Below, in pieces: positions 50,801 to 60,751 of a stretch of 64,000 nt of DNA. The stretch is from Diadema antillarum (Eukaryota). Each line of letters begins with the position of its first letter. Position 1 is the stretch's first letter. The position numbers were made by a program, and so were the translations under genes. The stretch is taken from NCBI RefSeq assembly GCF_040938485.1, contig NW_027270954.1, forward strand, positions 1,860,001 to 1,924,000, read 5' to 3'. A model generated the notes under the pieces. It was given only the letters and a program-made list of their open reading frames with translations. It searched no databases and was not told the origin of the DNA.

Positions 50801-53800
50801 TTCCTTCTTAAAAAGAGGTTGGGATTCACATTTTTTCTTTAAATAGTCTCTTTTATAAATCAGCTTTACAATATCTTTTGTGATCCATGGACAACATCTC
50901 TGTTTAACTCTTACCCTTTTTAAAGGGGCGTGCATATCACATACTTGTAAAAATATAGTTTTCCATTTTATCCATTTGTCATTAACTCCTTCTGCCTCAT
51001 CCGTGAAATCATTCATTGAAAAAACTCTCTTAAGATCATCCAAGAACCTAAACTCATCAAACGCATTAAAATCACGGAAAACAATTTCTTTATGTTTCCT
51101 ATCAGTACTTATCCTCATGTCAACACATGTATATATGAGATAGTGATCGCTGATTGAAATCTTAGCTACATTACAGACAGTATGTTTATGAGGGAAACTG
51201 GTAAGTATATGATCTAAACACTTTGATGATTTATCTGTTACCCTCGTCGGCTTGTGAACGATTTGTGTTAATAAAAACAAATTTTCAATCAAATTGATAG
51301 GATTATTACACAAATTTTCATCAAACTTATAATCATAATTCAAATCTCCCAAAATCACATTCTCTTTATTTTCATCTGTTATTTTCTCAAGAATATCCAA
51401 AAAACAATCAAAATACAACCTATCTGCATTAGGTGGTCTATATACACAACCAACGATTAAATTTTCCATCCTAGTTTGTAACAATTCAATCCATACAGCT
51501 TCCAGAGAGTCTGAAAAAAGGTCCTGTCTTATAATAAAAGATAGCGTTTTATGAATGTATATACAAACTCCTCCACCACGTCTTTTTTCTACTCTATCTT
51601 TGCGTACAAGTACATAATCATCAATTGATATCAAATCATCACTAATCAATTCGTGAAGCCATGTTTCAGATAAGCATAATAAATCAAAGTGAATCCTGTT
51701 CAGTAATAATCGAATTTCATCAATCTTATCAATAAGGCTCCTGACATTAAGATGAGCGATTTTTAAACCTTTAACACGTGATAATATAGAAGAACATTTC
51801 GAATACTCATTTCTTGGCAAAACATTAGCAGGAGGGTTTACTGAGCTTACTTCTGTGTCTTTGGCACACTCTTCGTGGCCAGCTACCTAATAGGGGCAAA
51901 CTTTTGCTTTGTGACCGTATTGAGAGCAACGTCTGCACTGAAGTTGGATACCATGACGGCATGATCGCGCCCGATGATTAGGCTCACCACACAGTTCGCA
52001 GACGTTGGGATAGGGGGACATAGCATTACTAGTATTTGTTCCGCGAACTACTGAAGCAAAGGATGGACGTAACATGGATTGAGGCGTGATGGTGGGGGGT
52101 ATTCCATAGTGTGACGGATGAGTGAACTGGATATATCGGGGAGGGCGGACTCGCGTATTGAATGAATGGGTCGTTGCTGCAGGTTCTTGAAAAGTTGGGC
52201 GTTGTCGTGCAGGAGGGGCTGCGAAGTTGGGAGGGGGTACATTGAACATTGCAAAACCAGACATGGGTTGTTGGGTATCAAGGTGAGGTTGACTCACATT
52301 TGTTGGGTCAGGACGGTATACAGGCCAGTATTGATGACGCGGAGGTGGTCGCTGTGGAGGAGGGGGTGGAGCGTTGGAGTATGTGGGTGGTTGCGTAGCT
52401 AGACGAGATTGTTGTGGAGGGGGTCGAGTAGATTGTTGGGTAGGAGGTGATGAGTTTGGGCGCGGACTTCTCGCTGTACCGGGAGGTGTGGGTTCATTGT
52501 CAGGAGGTATGTGCATTCTTGAAGATGTTTGATTCGACTTTGGTGGTGTGGGGCATCTGGCATTAGAGGGAGCGTCTAGTAGCGCATCGACAGCATGTTG
52601 AATTCTTTTCACATCCATACACAGCTGGTCGACACGAAAGTGTAGGCTTTTACACCTCATACAAATGCGTTCCATGCCCTTACATTTAAGAGCACAGATT
52701 TCGCAGGTGTTTTGTTCTTCATTGTCAGATGGTATGTGATTCACAATTGAACTGTTCTGTGAAGAGTGAAGCGAGTCATTGGCACTATCCGATGAGGTTA
52801 TTTGCAAGGCAAAATGGCGGCAGATCTCAGAGTTTAAATCGGGGTATATCTGTGCCAATTCTCCTGCGTAGAAGTCTGTGGCAGAAAGTTCTTCAGGCAC
52901 AGTGTTATGCACTTTCGAAATTAGATCTATAGAATAGGATACACTGTCTGTTGTGATTCCTTTTGGGAATTTGAATTTGAAAGATGGGGTGCCTGGTTGT
53001 CCCCGGCACTTATTCGTCCGTAGTGGTTTGAATTTCACCATTGCGCCATTTTGCACAGAAACAAGTGTATAGATAAGTTCAAAATATATGCACAGTATAT
53101 TCACTGTAAACTTACAGAGCAAAACTTGATGGTGAATGTCACAGAGCAGTGATCCTCGGTTCCAGTATTAAAAGGCAGAAGGCATAGATGTCCCATGCAA
53201 AGAGGTAATTAAACGCACAGATGAACAATGTATGTATGGGACTAGGTAAAAATGAGTTCAGTAAATGCACACCGTGACGTGGATAAGAAGACGTCTATAT
53301 CTCGATATATGCAAGATGTTAAAACATTTCCAACTCAGCAATCAATCCATGGTCATGTTAGAATGTGAGTCTCCAATATAAAACGATAGGAAGGAGAATG
53401 TAACTGCGAAAAATATGAGATTGTCCTGAGGAAATGTCGCGCACTTCACACGTCACGTCACGTTCAGAAGGCTCAAATTTCTCACTTACGTAGCTCATAT
53501 GCACTCCCCTATAAAGAGCTTAAAGAACTCCGAATTATTTTCAGATTTTTTCAATTTCATTTGCATTTGCATCCATAGATCGGTTATACTGGGTAGAGAG
53601 TTACAAGATTTGAAGTGACTGAGATGTTAGGAACAGGAAAAATTTCAAAGTTCATAACAAAAATGCCACCGAACAAAGATGATGAATTAGGGCATCACAT
53701 AAGAATGCAAGATTGTGTGCTCAGAGAAGCAAAACAAGAGAAGAAAACATGCATACCTTCCACAAAGTATCTACACTATACATTCTTGTTCAGTGTAATA

Positions 53801-54377
53801 GACCGTTTCTGGAATGTATTAGAAAAATGGATGTTTCTTTCCTTCACTATAGTAAAGAAGCCTTATCCACTTGCTCCCTCCCGTTAAGTTCCATAATAGG
53901 CTTGAATTAAATCAGTTGTTAGGCCGGGCAAGTGTTGTGGATGTTAAGGGCATTAAGTAGGTTAATGTCGAGTGCGGGAGGGAAATATATTACAAGAAAG
54001 GGATCAGCTGCCCCTTATTTTCTACCGTTATACAAATATTTCATATGTAGTGGAAGCATCTGACGTTTGTGAAATGGTGGAATTGGAAAGAAGTTAGATT
54101 ACAGGTGTTTCCTTCCTTGGAGATGCAAGAATATGCGTCACTAACCACACTGCACACACTGCATCTCTCTCTCTCTTTTCTTTTGTTTACTTCATGATTC
54201 TATGATCATCATAAAGTAATGATTCGAATTTTCCTTAGCCTTTTTTACTCTCTCTCTCTCTCTCTAGGAGCCATTGGCGACTGGAAGAACTATTTTAGTG
54301 CAGAGCAGAACCGCCGATTTGACGAACTTTATGCGAAGGAGATGGCAGGATCAGGACTTGAACTCCAGTTTGAATAA
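40153..54377 (+). CDS. SULT: Cytosolic sulfotransferase, SULT1-like (SULT-C), 7 coding exons, 335 aa. Exons: 40153-40174, 41437-41619, 42655-42782, 45947-46196, 46831-46925, 47504-47723, 54268-54377
   Basis: GT-AG introns in the same phases as the paralogs. Starts MASSGSQG; motifs TYPKSGTTW, KSH, RNPKDTAASYYNF, FMRKGAIGDWKNYF; ends LELQFE*. Spliced CDS is 1008 nt and open. Confidence 0.92.
43081..43742 (+). mobile_element. TGTGACC-MITE with an eroded left end, intron 3 of SULT-C
   Basis: Shared core plus right TIR ggttttgtgatgcacggtcaca. Confidence 0.6.
44763..44809 (+). repeat. (TA)n microsatellite
   Basis: Read directly. Confidence 0.95.
47806..47867 (+). repeat. (TTTTC)n microsatellite
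   Basis: Read directly. Confidence 0.9.
48204..48231 (+). repeat. (CA)n microsatellite
   Basis: Read directly. Confidence 0.9.
48989..51886 (-). CDS. LINE ORF2: APE endonuclease + reverse transcriptase (open for 965 codons from the ORF1 stop; no ATG before the endonuclease motifs)
   Basis: Endonuclease motifs HLNVRSL, CLSETWL, GGGV, GDLN, LDHI, SDH. RT motifs FLDISKCFDSIDH, GVPQGSVLGPILF, FADD, YLGV. No stops or frameshifts. Confidence 0.95.
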   Translation of the reverse strand, partial: VAGHEECAKDTEVSSVNPPANVLPRNEYSKCSSILSRVKGLKIAHLNVRSLIDKIDEIRLLLNRIHFDLLCLSETWLHELISDDLISIDDYVLVRKDRVEKRRGGGVCIYIHKTLSFIIRQDLFSDSLEAVWIELLQTRMENLIVGCVYRPPNADRLYFDCFLDILEKITDENKENVILGDLNYDYKFDENLCNNPINLIENLFLLTQIVHKPTRVTDKSSKCLDHILTSFPHKHTVCNVAKISISDHYLIYTCVDMRISTDRKHKEIVFRDFNAFDEFRFLDDLKRVFSMNDFTDEAEGVNDKWIKWKTIFLQVCDMHAPLKRVRVKQRCCPWITKDIVKLIYKRDYLKKKCESQPLFKKEYQRVRNSITKLRRSSKKKYMNVMLDKCKNDSKRVWRELNRVTGRKRKEDNVPMELTADKLNEYFVNVGKQIVEGGKSTFQWNHSECIYEFIFDCVSVDSIRNSLINLGKDSNLDILSFDSKLLCITAPVISETLCIIYNKSLTDGIVPTEWKRAKTTPIYKGKGSKNDPSNYRPISVACHVSKIFEKQIKDQLLAYLQQNDLINIDQAAFLPHHSTNTCLHRAVDDWLESFNDREVVAACFLDISKCFDSIDHTLLLHKLECYGIKGKQLKWFSDYLTGRSQNVFCHGHLSTSESITTGVPQGSVLGPILFLIFINDISESVYSCSCNVFADDVVIYCSHKDTDRVTSMLQNDLNSIYRWYKRNRLSINLDKTKVMLLSLRCSKSLNIFLDGKKIEQVHDFRYLGVIIDDHLHWDAHVQNLAKSISMKLFMLRKMNQFLDKDSLKLLYTAVVQPCIDYSCSVWGNCSAKNKNILYRLQKRAARIITSNFDYETANGNDIIKVLNLQAFENRRNYFLSTLMYKCIHGLAPTRMCNNIEMIFDRHGFNTRAADSLNVVPPTPNVECFKSCFRYAGGKVWNSLPNVLKKSKSLSTFKLLYKKMYFH
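51887..53041 (-). CDS. LINE ORF1 (384 aa from ATG 53041): Cys-rich segment, Pro/Gln-rich linker, two C-terminal CCHC zinc knuckles
   Basis: CEICALKCKGMERICMRC; PPPPPQRPPP-type low complexity; CELCGEPNHRARSC and CRRCSQYGHKAKVC. Lies directly upstream of ORF2. Confidence 0.85.
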   Translation of the reverse strand: MVKFKPLRTNKCRGQPGTPSFKFKFPKGITTDSVSYSIDLISKVHNTVPEELSATDFYAGELAQIYPDLNSEICRHFALQITSSDSANDSLHSSQNSSIVNHIPSDNEEQNTCEICALKCKGMERICMRCKSLHFRVDQLCMDVKRIQHAVDALLDAPSNARCPTPPKSNQTSSRMHIPPDNEPTPPGTARSPRPNSSPPTQQSTRPPPQQSRLATQPPTYSNAPPPPPQRPPPRHQYWPVYRPDPTNVSQPHLDTQQPMSGFAMFNVPPPNFAAPPARQRPTFQEPAATTHSFNTRVRPPRYIQFTHPSHYGIPPTITPQSMLRPSFASVVRGTNTSNAMSPYPNVCELCGEPNHRARSCRHGIQLQCRRCSQYGHKAKVCPY

Positions 54378-54639
54378 TTATGATAGATATAATTAATAAT
54401 CATGATGATATTAACAACCCTGATAATTATATACTGATCAAAACATTAAAAAACACAGTGGAATCAATGATTTGGGCCAAGAAGACAAAGTCGATGTAAA
54501 TTCTTGTCCCCACAATGGCATGTATTCCTTTTCTTCTCAAAATGTCATAAATATGTTACTAACGCTGTTACCAATCAGCTGCCAATGTTTGGTTTGATGT
54601 TGTGTTTAAGCATTCCGCTCCCTCTGGTAAAGAGGCAAA

Positions 54640-54860
54640 ACACTCTTTCCCTCGGGCAAGACATTTGAATGGAGGTCCCATGTGAGAATTAGCCACAACT
54701 CGCGCACGTAAAAGATCCCACTTCATTCGTTCATCGCTAAGAGCAGGATGCTATAACCCGGTGAAGTGATCCCCCTACCCATACCCACACAAGATAACGG
54801 GCGAATGATGCCAACCCCTCATGGTTTGCCCCAGCTGACTAGCATTAGTCAGCAAACACA
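54640..54860 (+). mobile_element. Probable SINE remnant
   Basis: ggaggtccc..gcacgtaaaagatccc..cgctaagagcagg..acccggtg resembles, from memory, a deuterostome SINE body; not verified by search. Confidence 0.35.
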
Positions 54861-55887
54861 CATTGCTCCATAAGCTTTAAAATGAATTTGATGTGATGAA
54901 ATTGCAGCCAGCACGGAGGATTAATATCCACAATTTCTCATTTAAACAAATTCTGTTATAGGTTCAAAATATTATTTAAGTAACGCGTGGACTTGTCTCT
55001 GTAAGAAAAACAAAACAACAGAAACAAGTTAACTTTGAATACAGAAAACGTTAAGACCGGAGACGTATTGCTCATGTAATGATTGAAATATTCCTCTTGG
55101 AAATGTAAATTTACCGACAATACCTGATGTGTCGCTATACGTTATGAATTTCATAGAGCTGTCATTGTCTTATTCGTTTTCTTCATTGTGAATCCATTGC
55201 AACATGACAAAACTGGTAATGTTTGCATCACATTCCTTTTGTGAATATATTGTGGAGCTTGGTCTTGTATAAAGAAGTGATATGTTCATAATGCATTACT
55301 TTTTTTTTTGAAAAGAAAAATCTTTTAGAAAGATTCGAAAAGATTAATTCAACAGACTTCCTGGTCTTTAGAATAACATTCAGTACATAAGATATATTAC
55401 TAGTGAACATCTTTTTTTAATAATGGATGATGTCTTTCCTGTCATTATTATAAAGTTGAGTGTGTCTTTTATGGTTTTTACTCAAGAGTATATTTCTGCA
55501 GTGTATATTTTGCCATGTGGTGTACATGCAAGGCACATCACGCGACGTTATCCAAATTAATATAACGCATGAAGAGATCCTTGTCAGTTGATTGGTTGTT
55601 CGACATTGATCATTCGGCCCATGTCACTATGACGTCATCATCCGTGCAATTGTAGTTCCATTTACCGTGCAATTTTGGATCCATACGATTTGCTCCATTG
55701 CACGCTCGCTGACAGCCCGTCCGGCACACTAAGCATGTAAAACGCTTGAGTTTGCAATGTGTGTATTGAGTATGAGACTGCGCGCTAGCGTAAAGCGCTT
55801 AGTGAGCACTCTGACGATCTCAATTCTCTCTTGTTTCGAAATTAATAAAGCATCAAATGACAAGTATCTATTTTAGGCGTTACATAA

Positions 55888-56056
55888 AACAAATAATAAA
55901 TGTTTTTCATTTGTGCGATGGACAGAACATTTTCATTCGGTGAAAGATGAAATGTTTGATCCATTCAACAAGGAGCAGCTGAGTGGAATAGATCATTACT
56001 AACTTTCACCTCATGAAATATTCTGTCCATTGCACTCATTAACATTCATTATTTGT
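55888..56056. repeat. ~170-bp imperfect palindrome (non-autonomous foldback element)
   Basis: Left arm aaataataaatg..tggacagaacattttcattcggtgaaag pairs with right arm ctttcacctcatgaaatattctgtcca..cattcattatttg. Confidence 0.7.
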
Positions 56057-56865
56057 ACACTATTGGAATCGCCAGCTTCACGTTTTGTGTGAAATATGTC
56101 CTCCCATCCTTGAAGAGGAAAATTAGATGTATGACTGCAATGACTTCAAAGACCTTTCAAATACGATTCAAGTGCGTTGAATAGAACATTTATTCTGCTT
56201 CATTCACTGTGTAATTCGTAATCAGTGTTAAGAGAGACGCTAAACCATTGCTTCGATTAGAGACGTGAAAGTGAAACACACCACAATTAAACGAAATATC
56301 CGAATATCAAATCATAATGGTACATGTCATTTGCAAGTATTCCGCAACATATTATCTATATGAATAATTTATACATATATTTGTATAGTTATATTCATAT
56401 ATAAGCAGCACGATCCGAAAACACTTCGTCTTATGACACTGCCATGAGGCACGACTGCCATCATTTGTAAATTTGACGGAAATTTATGGAAAGGAGGAAT
56501 TCAACTTGACAGGTATTGGCATTTCCAGGACCGCAGACAGTTAATATGGCGACAGTTTGTGCTGTTACTATTAACTCAAAAAGAAGTTAAAGAAGTCAGG
56601 TTAAATATTTCACGACGTGAGTCGTCAGAAGGAGTAGAAAGACGAAATAATATTAGCGTTGACGATCTATACACTTGATAATAAGTGTACCGAAAAATGG
56701 AAAACTATATTGATAATCAAGCGAATGAATCATTATGATTTACGGTTGAAAGAACTGTGCAATAAAGCAAGGTCATGCATTGCTACTAAGATTGACAGGA
56801 AAGTGTCAACTTATCATTGTATTTAGCCATTCGTTCCTTGTTAGAGAAAGACCCATGTAGACATA

Positions 56866-59800
56866 TCACTTCTCAGTTTTTTGCTGCCTTGGCGTCTGCC
56901 TTCTCTTTCGACCTGAAAAATCCTTGGAGACCTGGCGGCCGCCCTTTCTCTCAAGCCGTGGCTGATCTTCCCGTGGTGCACGGCGGCGTCGTTTGGCCTA
57001 TGTATAAATGAAAATTCAGAAAATAATTTATAAAACTGATTTCAAGGAATCAAAAATAAAACCTATCATCACACAGTGATATAGCAAAGGCATTATGTGC
57101 CATTGCAGATAAAATATAAAAAAAAAAGCTTTAGTGCTTCAAAATAGTTCTAAAATGTGAGTTAAGGATAAAAACAGCCAAGGTATCGAATTTGAATCAG
57201 TATAGTCCATGTTTAATATTGTTACATTTACAAAATGTGAACAATAGTTATCATAAAGATGTTTCTAGATTAAACCGTCTACAGTTATGGTTTATTGAGA
57301 AAATTGCGATATCTCCTTTTCTTGGAGGCTTTATTGCGAAATCTTATTGTGCTGTGATGTTTTGTGATACAACTGACCTTCACATATGCATCAAATGTGG
57401 TATCTCGAACATTTTTTGAATCACTGCTCCCAGTGGTAGACATTCATTGGCAGTACTTTTTTTAAGTGACAACGTCCCTTAAGTTCGTGACGTATGGGAT
57501 GCTTCGCATACATTTGTGTATCGGATTAGTAGAGTTATTCGGGAAGATACCGGCACACTACACACCGATAGGTCTAGTTATATTCGCAACCCGTCACATT
57601 TGCTTTAATTCAATAGCAAACGAACAGGTTCCCTTTTCTCCTTTGAATACTTAATAAACAAAGCAAATTAATGATACCAAAAAAAAAAAAACTTCTAGAA
57701 ATGAACTAACTTTTTAATAATTACTGCAGATATCATGACATGTTTTTAGAATTGAAAATCAAACCATAGCAGCAGAAGATGAGTCCCAGCAAGCTTTCAA
57801 GTCTACCTAATTACCAAATTTTCGAACAAATTAATGGTCACCCTACATGTATAACGTTACATTTGTTATGAACTTTAGTGTGCTTATCAAGATCATTTCT
57901 GCAATTGTATGCAGCCAGGTTTACCCCATTCATTACAATCTAGGAGTTCAGCAGTCAGTTCTGTACGATCCGCTTTGATAACTATACTACATGATTATTC
58001 TTGTTTCCATAATGACCTGGGTCTGACTGACTGCAGTTGTTAGCACATACGACAACTTTCATGGTTCTGTATAGGCTGTAATCATGTACAACGTACTTTA
58101 TGGTTTCAGTGCCAAGGATCTCATACGCTTACCTTTGAATTTTCGGCAAGATCATTGAAGTTCTGAGTGGTACCTAATGCGGTGCAACGACGGTTCAGTG
58201 GAATTATTTTCATTTGTTGTTGATGAAAAAAAATAATGAACGTAAATCAGAGCGTGAATCATTGCGTGAGAGAAATGAATGTTTATCATTATAACGCCTT
58301 ATAAGGAAGGCATGAGAATTATTTGAATTTAATTTAATTTAATTCAATTCAATTCAATTCAATTGAGTCGGAAAACGGCAACACAGTTTCGAAAATGATG
58401 TATCATTATTCAACATGACAATCAATGGCATCATTGTGTAGGATTATAATATTGCCTGTCACTGTATAGTGTGCGAGATAAGGATACTCTAGATGGCAAT
58501 TGAACACTGATAATAACAACTACGGAATGATTACAAACAATTTCCGTTAATTCGATCATAGAAAACGTTTGAGGGGAATGTTGGGTGAAAGTTGCATACC
58601 GCGTGGTGGAAATGCATCATCTACCAACTGGCAGACATCATCAATGGACCCAACGTCGAAGATATACTGGACATTGGGACTGATAAGGTCTGCGTTCGCG
58701 TCATAGCCGAAGTACTTGACCAAGAGTTTGGCGAGGTTGTTGAAGAATGGCGAACACTTGCTCTCAGTGGTTGCAGTGTCAAGGGCGCCATCAACGAGAG
58801 CGCTCACAAGATCACGAAGCTGATAATCGTTAGATTTGGCCACAGCATCCGTGAGCTCTTGACAGAGAAAATGTGCATCGAATAGACCAATCGTGTCAGC
58901 AATCAGATCGATCAAGTCAGAGAAGAAGTAGAAGTAGTCACGATAGAAGGAATAGTATCCAACATCGCTCTGAAACAGAGCATTGTAAATGTCACTCCAG
59001 CTATTACAGATTTCGGCCCCACGAGGTGAAGCCAGCACCAGGAACTCCTCGGCGAATTTCTCGATTATAGTGGGTACTCTATCATCGCTGTTCAGGATAT
59101 GATTGAACGCATTGCACACGGAGGCCTGGTCGTAACTGGTGAGACCAAACATGTCTCGTGCTACTTGATCGAGGAGGAGAAGTGGGTCGAGCGGCCTCAA
59201 GGCGTAGATTCCTGCAAGAGGGTCCGTGTAATACTGGTTATAGTCATAATACGCCTGCCTCTTCATACGTGCGGCATGTCCGTTTGTTACCAGGCTAAAA
59301 GCAGCATTGCAGATACCGATACCGTCTACAGGAGCATCGTTTTTCAAAGCCTCGATGACGGGATCACACAAGTCGCCCACGGCATCCGGGCCCAGCAACA
59401 GCGTCAGGCTTGGGCCTACATCGCGGCAGATCATGTTGAAGGAGACGAGGACGTTCTTCGCTCCCCAGACTTTGCCAGCGGTGGTAATGAGCCCCTGCGT
59501 TGTGAGACCGGGGAAGAGTTTGCCATTCTCTTCCAGGGGATATGTGAAACTCTGAAGTTCTGGTGCTAGGCGATTGAATTCACTCTGCCAGTCAACTTGA
59601 AAATCACCTGCAGCAAAGTGCACACAGTTAAGGGTTCAATAAGTGTGTATTCAAACATCAAAACAGAGCTTCGGATGTATCCAATTAGAAATGATGTATT
59701 TATGGGTAGCGAAATTAATTTAGCGTGTCTTCGCGATGTGCAGTGGAGGCTTGTCTGGAATGTTAGTGTCACAATTAGTTGGAGTTCAGTGAGCGCAAGC

Positions 59801-60751
59801 TGCACTATCGATTATCGGTTCAAATGTGTTCACACTGACCGAGCCTATATTATTTTCAATCATTCAGCATTTTTTGCATTTGAATAACTCGCAAGTGTGT
59901 ACACTTATTCAGATGAAAATAGATTACTTCTCTTCAGACTCGATAAGTTTAGCTTCGCAATTGTAAGTCAAAATGAAGGTGCATAAAATGAAACTATGAA
60001 AAATAATGGAAACAATGTTGATTGATGATTCTGATATGTGGGTTATACTGCACATCAAAATTACTATCGAGTGCCAATCACAGTCAAATGTAATTTATAT
60101 GCTCATTTTAAGTTGAGCAACCTCAAAGAATATTTTATTAATGCAAGAACGTTAACGGTTAATGAATTTAACAGAGCAATGCATTTAGGTACGTTAACAG
60201 TTCTGTACCACTTTGCCCAAATTTTTACTTATCATTCCATCACGTATGTCAGAGTGTGCACTTAGATGTGACTACTTTTACTCTCGGTATAGGACTGGTG
60301 ACAGTGTGATAAGAGTAATGGGAATAAGCTCAAAAAAGGAATGACACTTTCACTCGAAGAAACTGTAATATAATGTGACTACCAGGCTCGAAAACCCACA
60401 AAAGGTTACTACTTAGGATTCTTAGTAATCGTAATGTCATTTGGGTTAACTGACTCAATTTGTGTTAGTTTGTTTTACCTGAATAATCGTTTCTCTACCT
60501 ACACAGTTCATCTGCCATAATAACCAAAGAAATTGCATCGAGAAATTTCAGGGGAAATGGTAATACGTTTGCTCATTTCTTTACTGTCTAATATTGCTGA
60601 AAAGATTAATAATACACTGTGTTTCTCAAAAACACTTTGTTGGCTTCAAACAGGCACATAATATATTGAAACTCGGTGAATACTTACATGATGAGCAGGA
60701 TGCTGCACATGTTCCAAAGAACAAACCGAAAACAACTGCTGCCAACATCAT
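56866..60751 (-). CDS. Uncharacterised secreted protein, ~414 aa. Predicted exons (minus strand): 60751-60688, 59607-58600, 58173-58133, 56997-56866
   Basis: Exon 1 encodes a signal-peptide-like MMLAAVVFGLFFGTCAASCSS followed by T|GTAAGT. A 1008-nt open phase-1/phase-1 exon follows (acceptor ctttgctgcag, donor CG|GTATGC). Then a 41-nt exon with donor AAG|GTAAGC, and a terminal exon after the acceptor ttttcatttatacatag. The large exon is well supported; the last two exons are less certain. Confidence 0.75.

Larger units (their letters stand above)
48391..53157 (-). mobile_element. Full-length non-LTR retrotransposon (L2/CR1 group, possibly Crack/Daphne-like), antisense in the last intron of SULT-C
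   Basis: ORF1 plus an APE-RT ORF2, a ~600-bp 3' UTR ending in a stem-loop (caggacc..cagca ttcact tgctg..tcctg), and an (AAAT)n tail at 48391-48424. The 5' boundary is approximate and the clade assignment is inference. Confidence 0.9.

Noticed and set aside
48380-53170. TSD for the LINE
   Set aside because: I found no convincing direct repeat at the two flanks, so the 5' end is approximate.
58592-59569. Plus-strand ORFs 58592-58885, 59099-59569 and neighbours
   Set aside because: They are antisense shadows of the 1008-nt minus-strand exon, which has proper splice sites.
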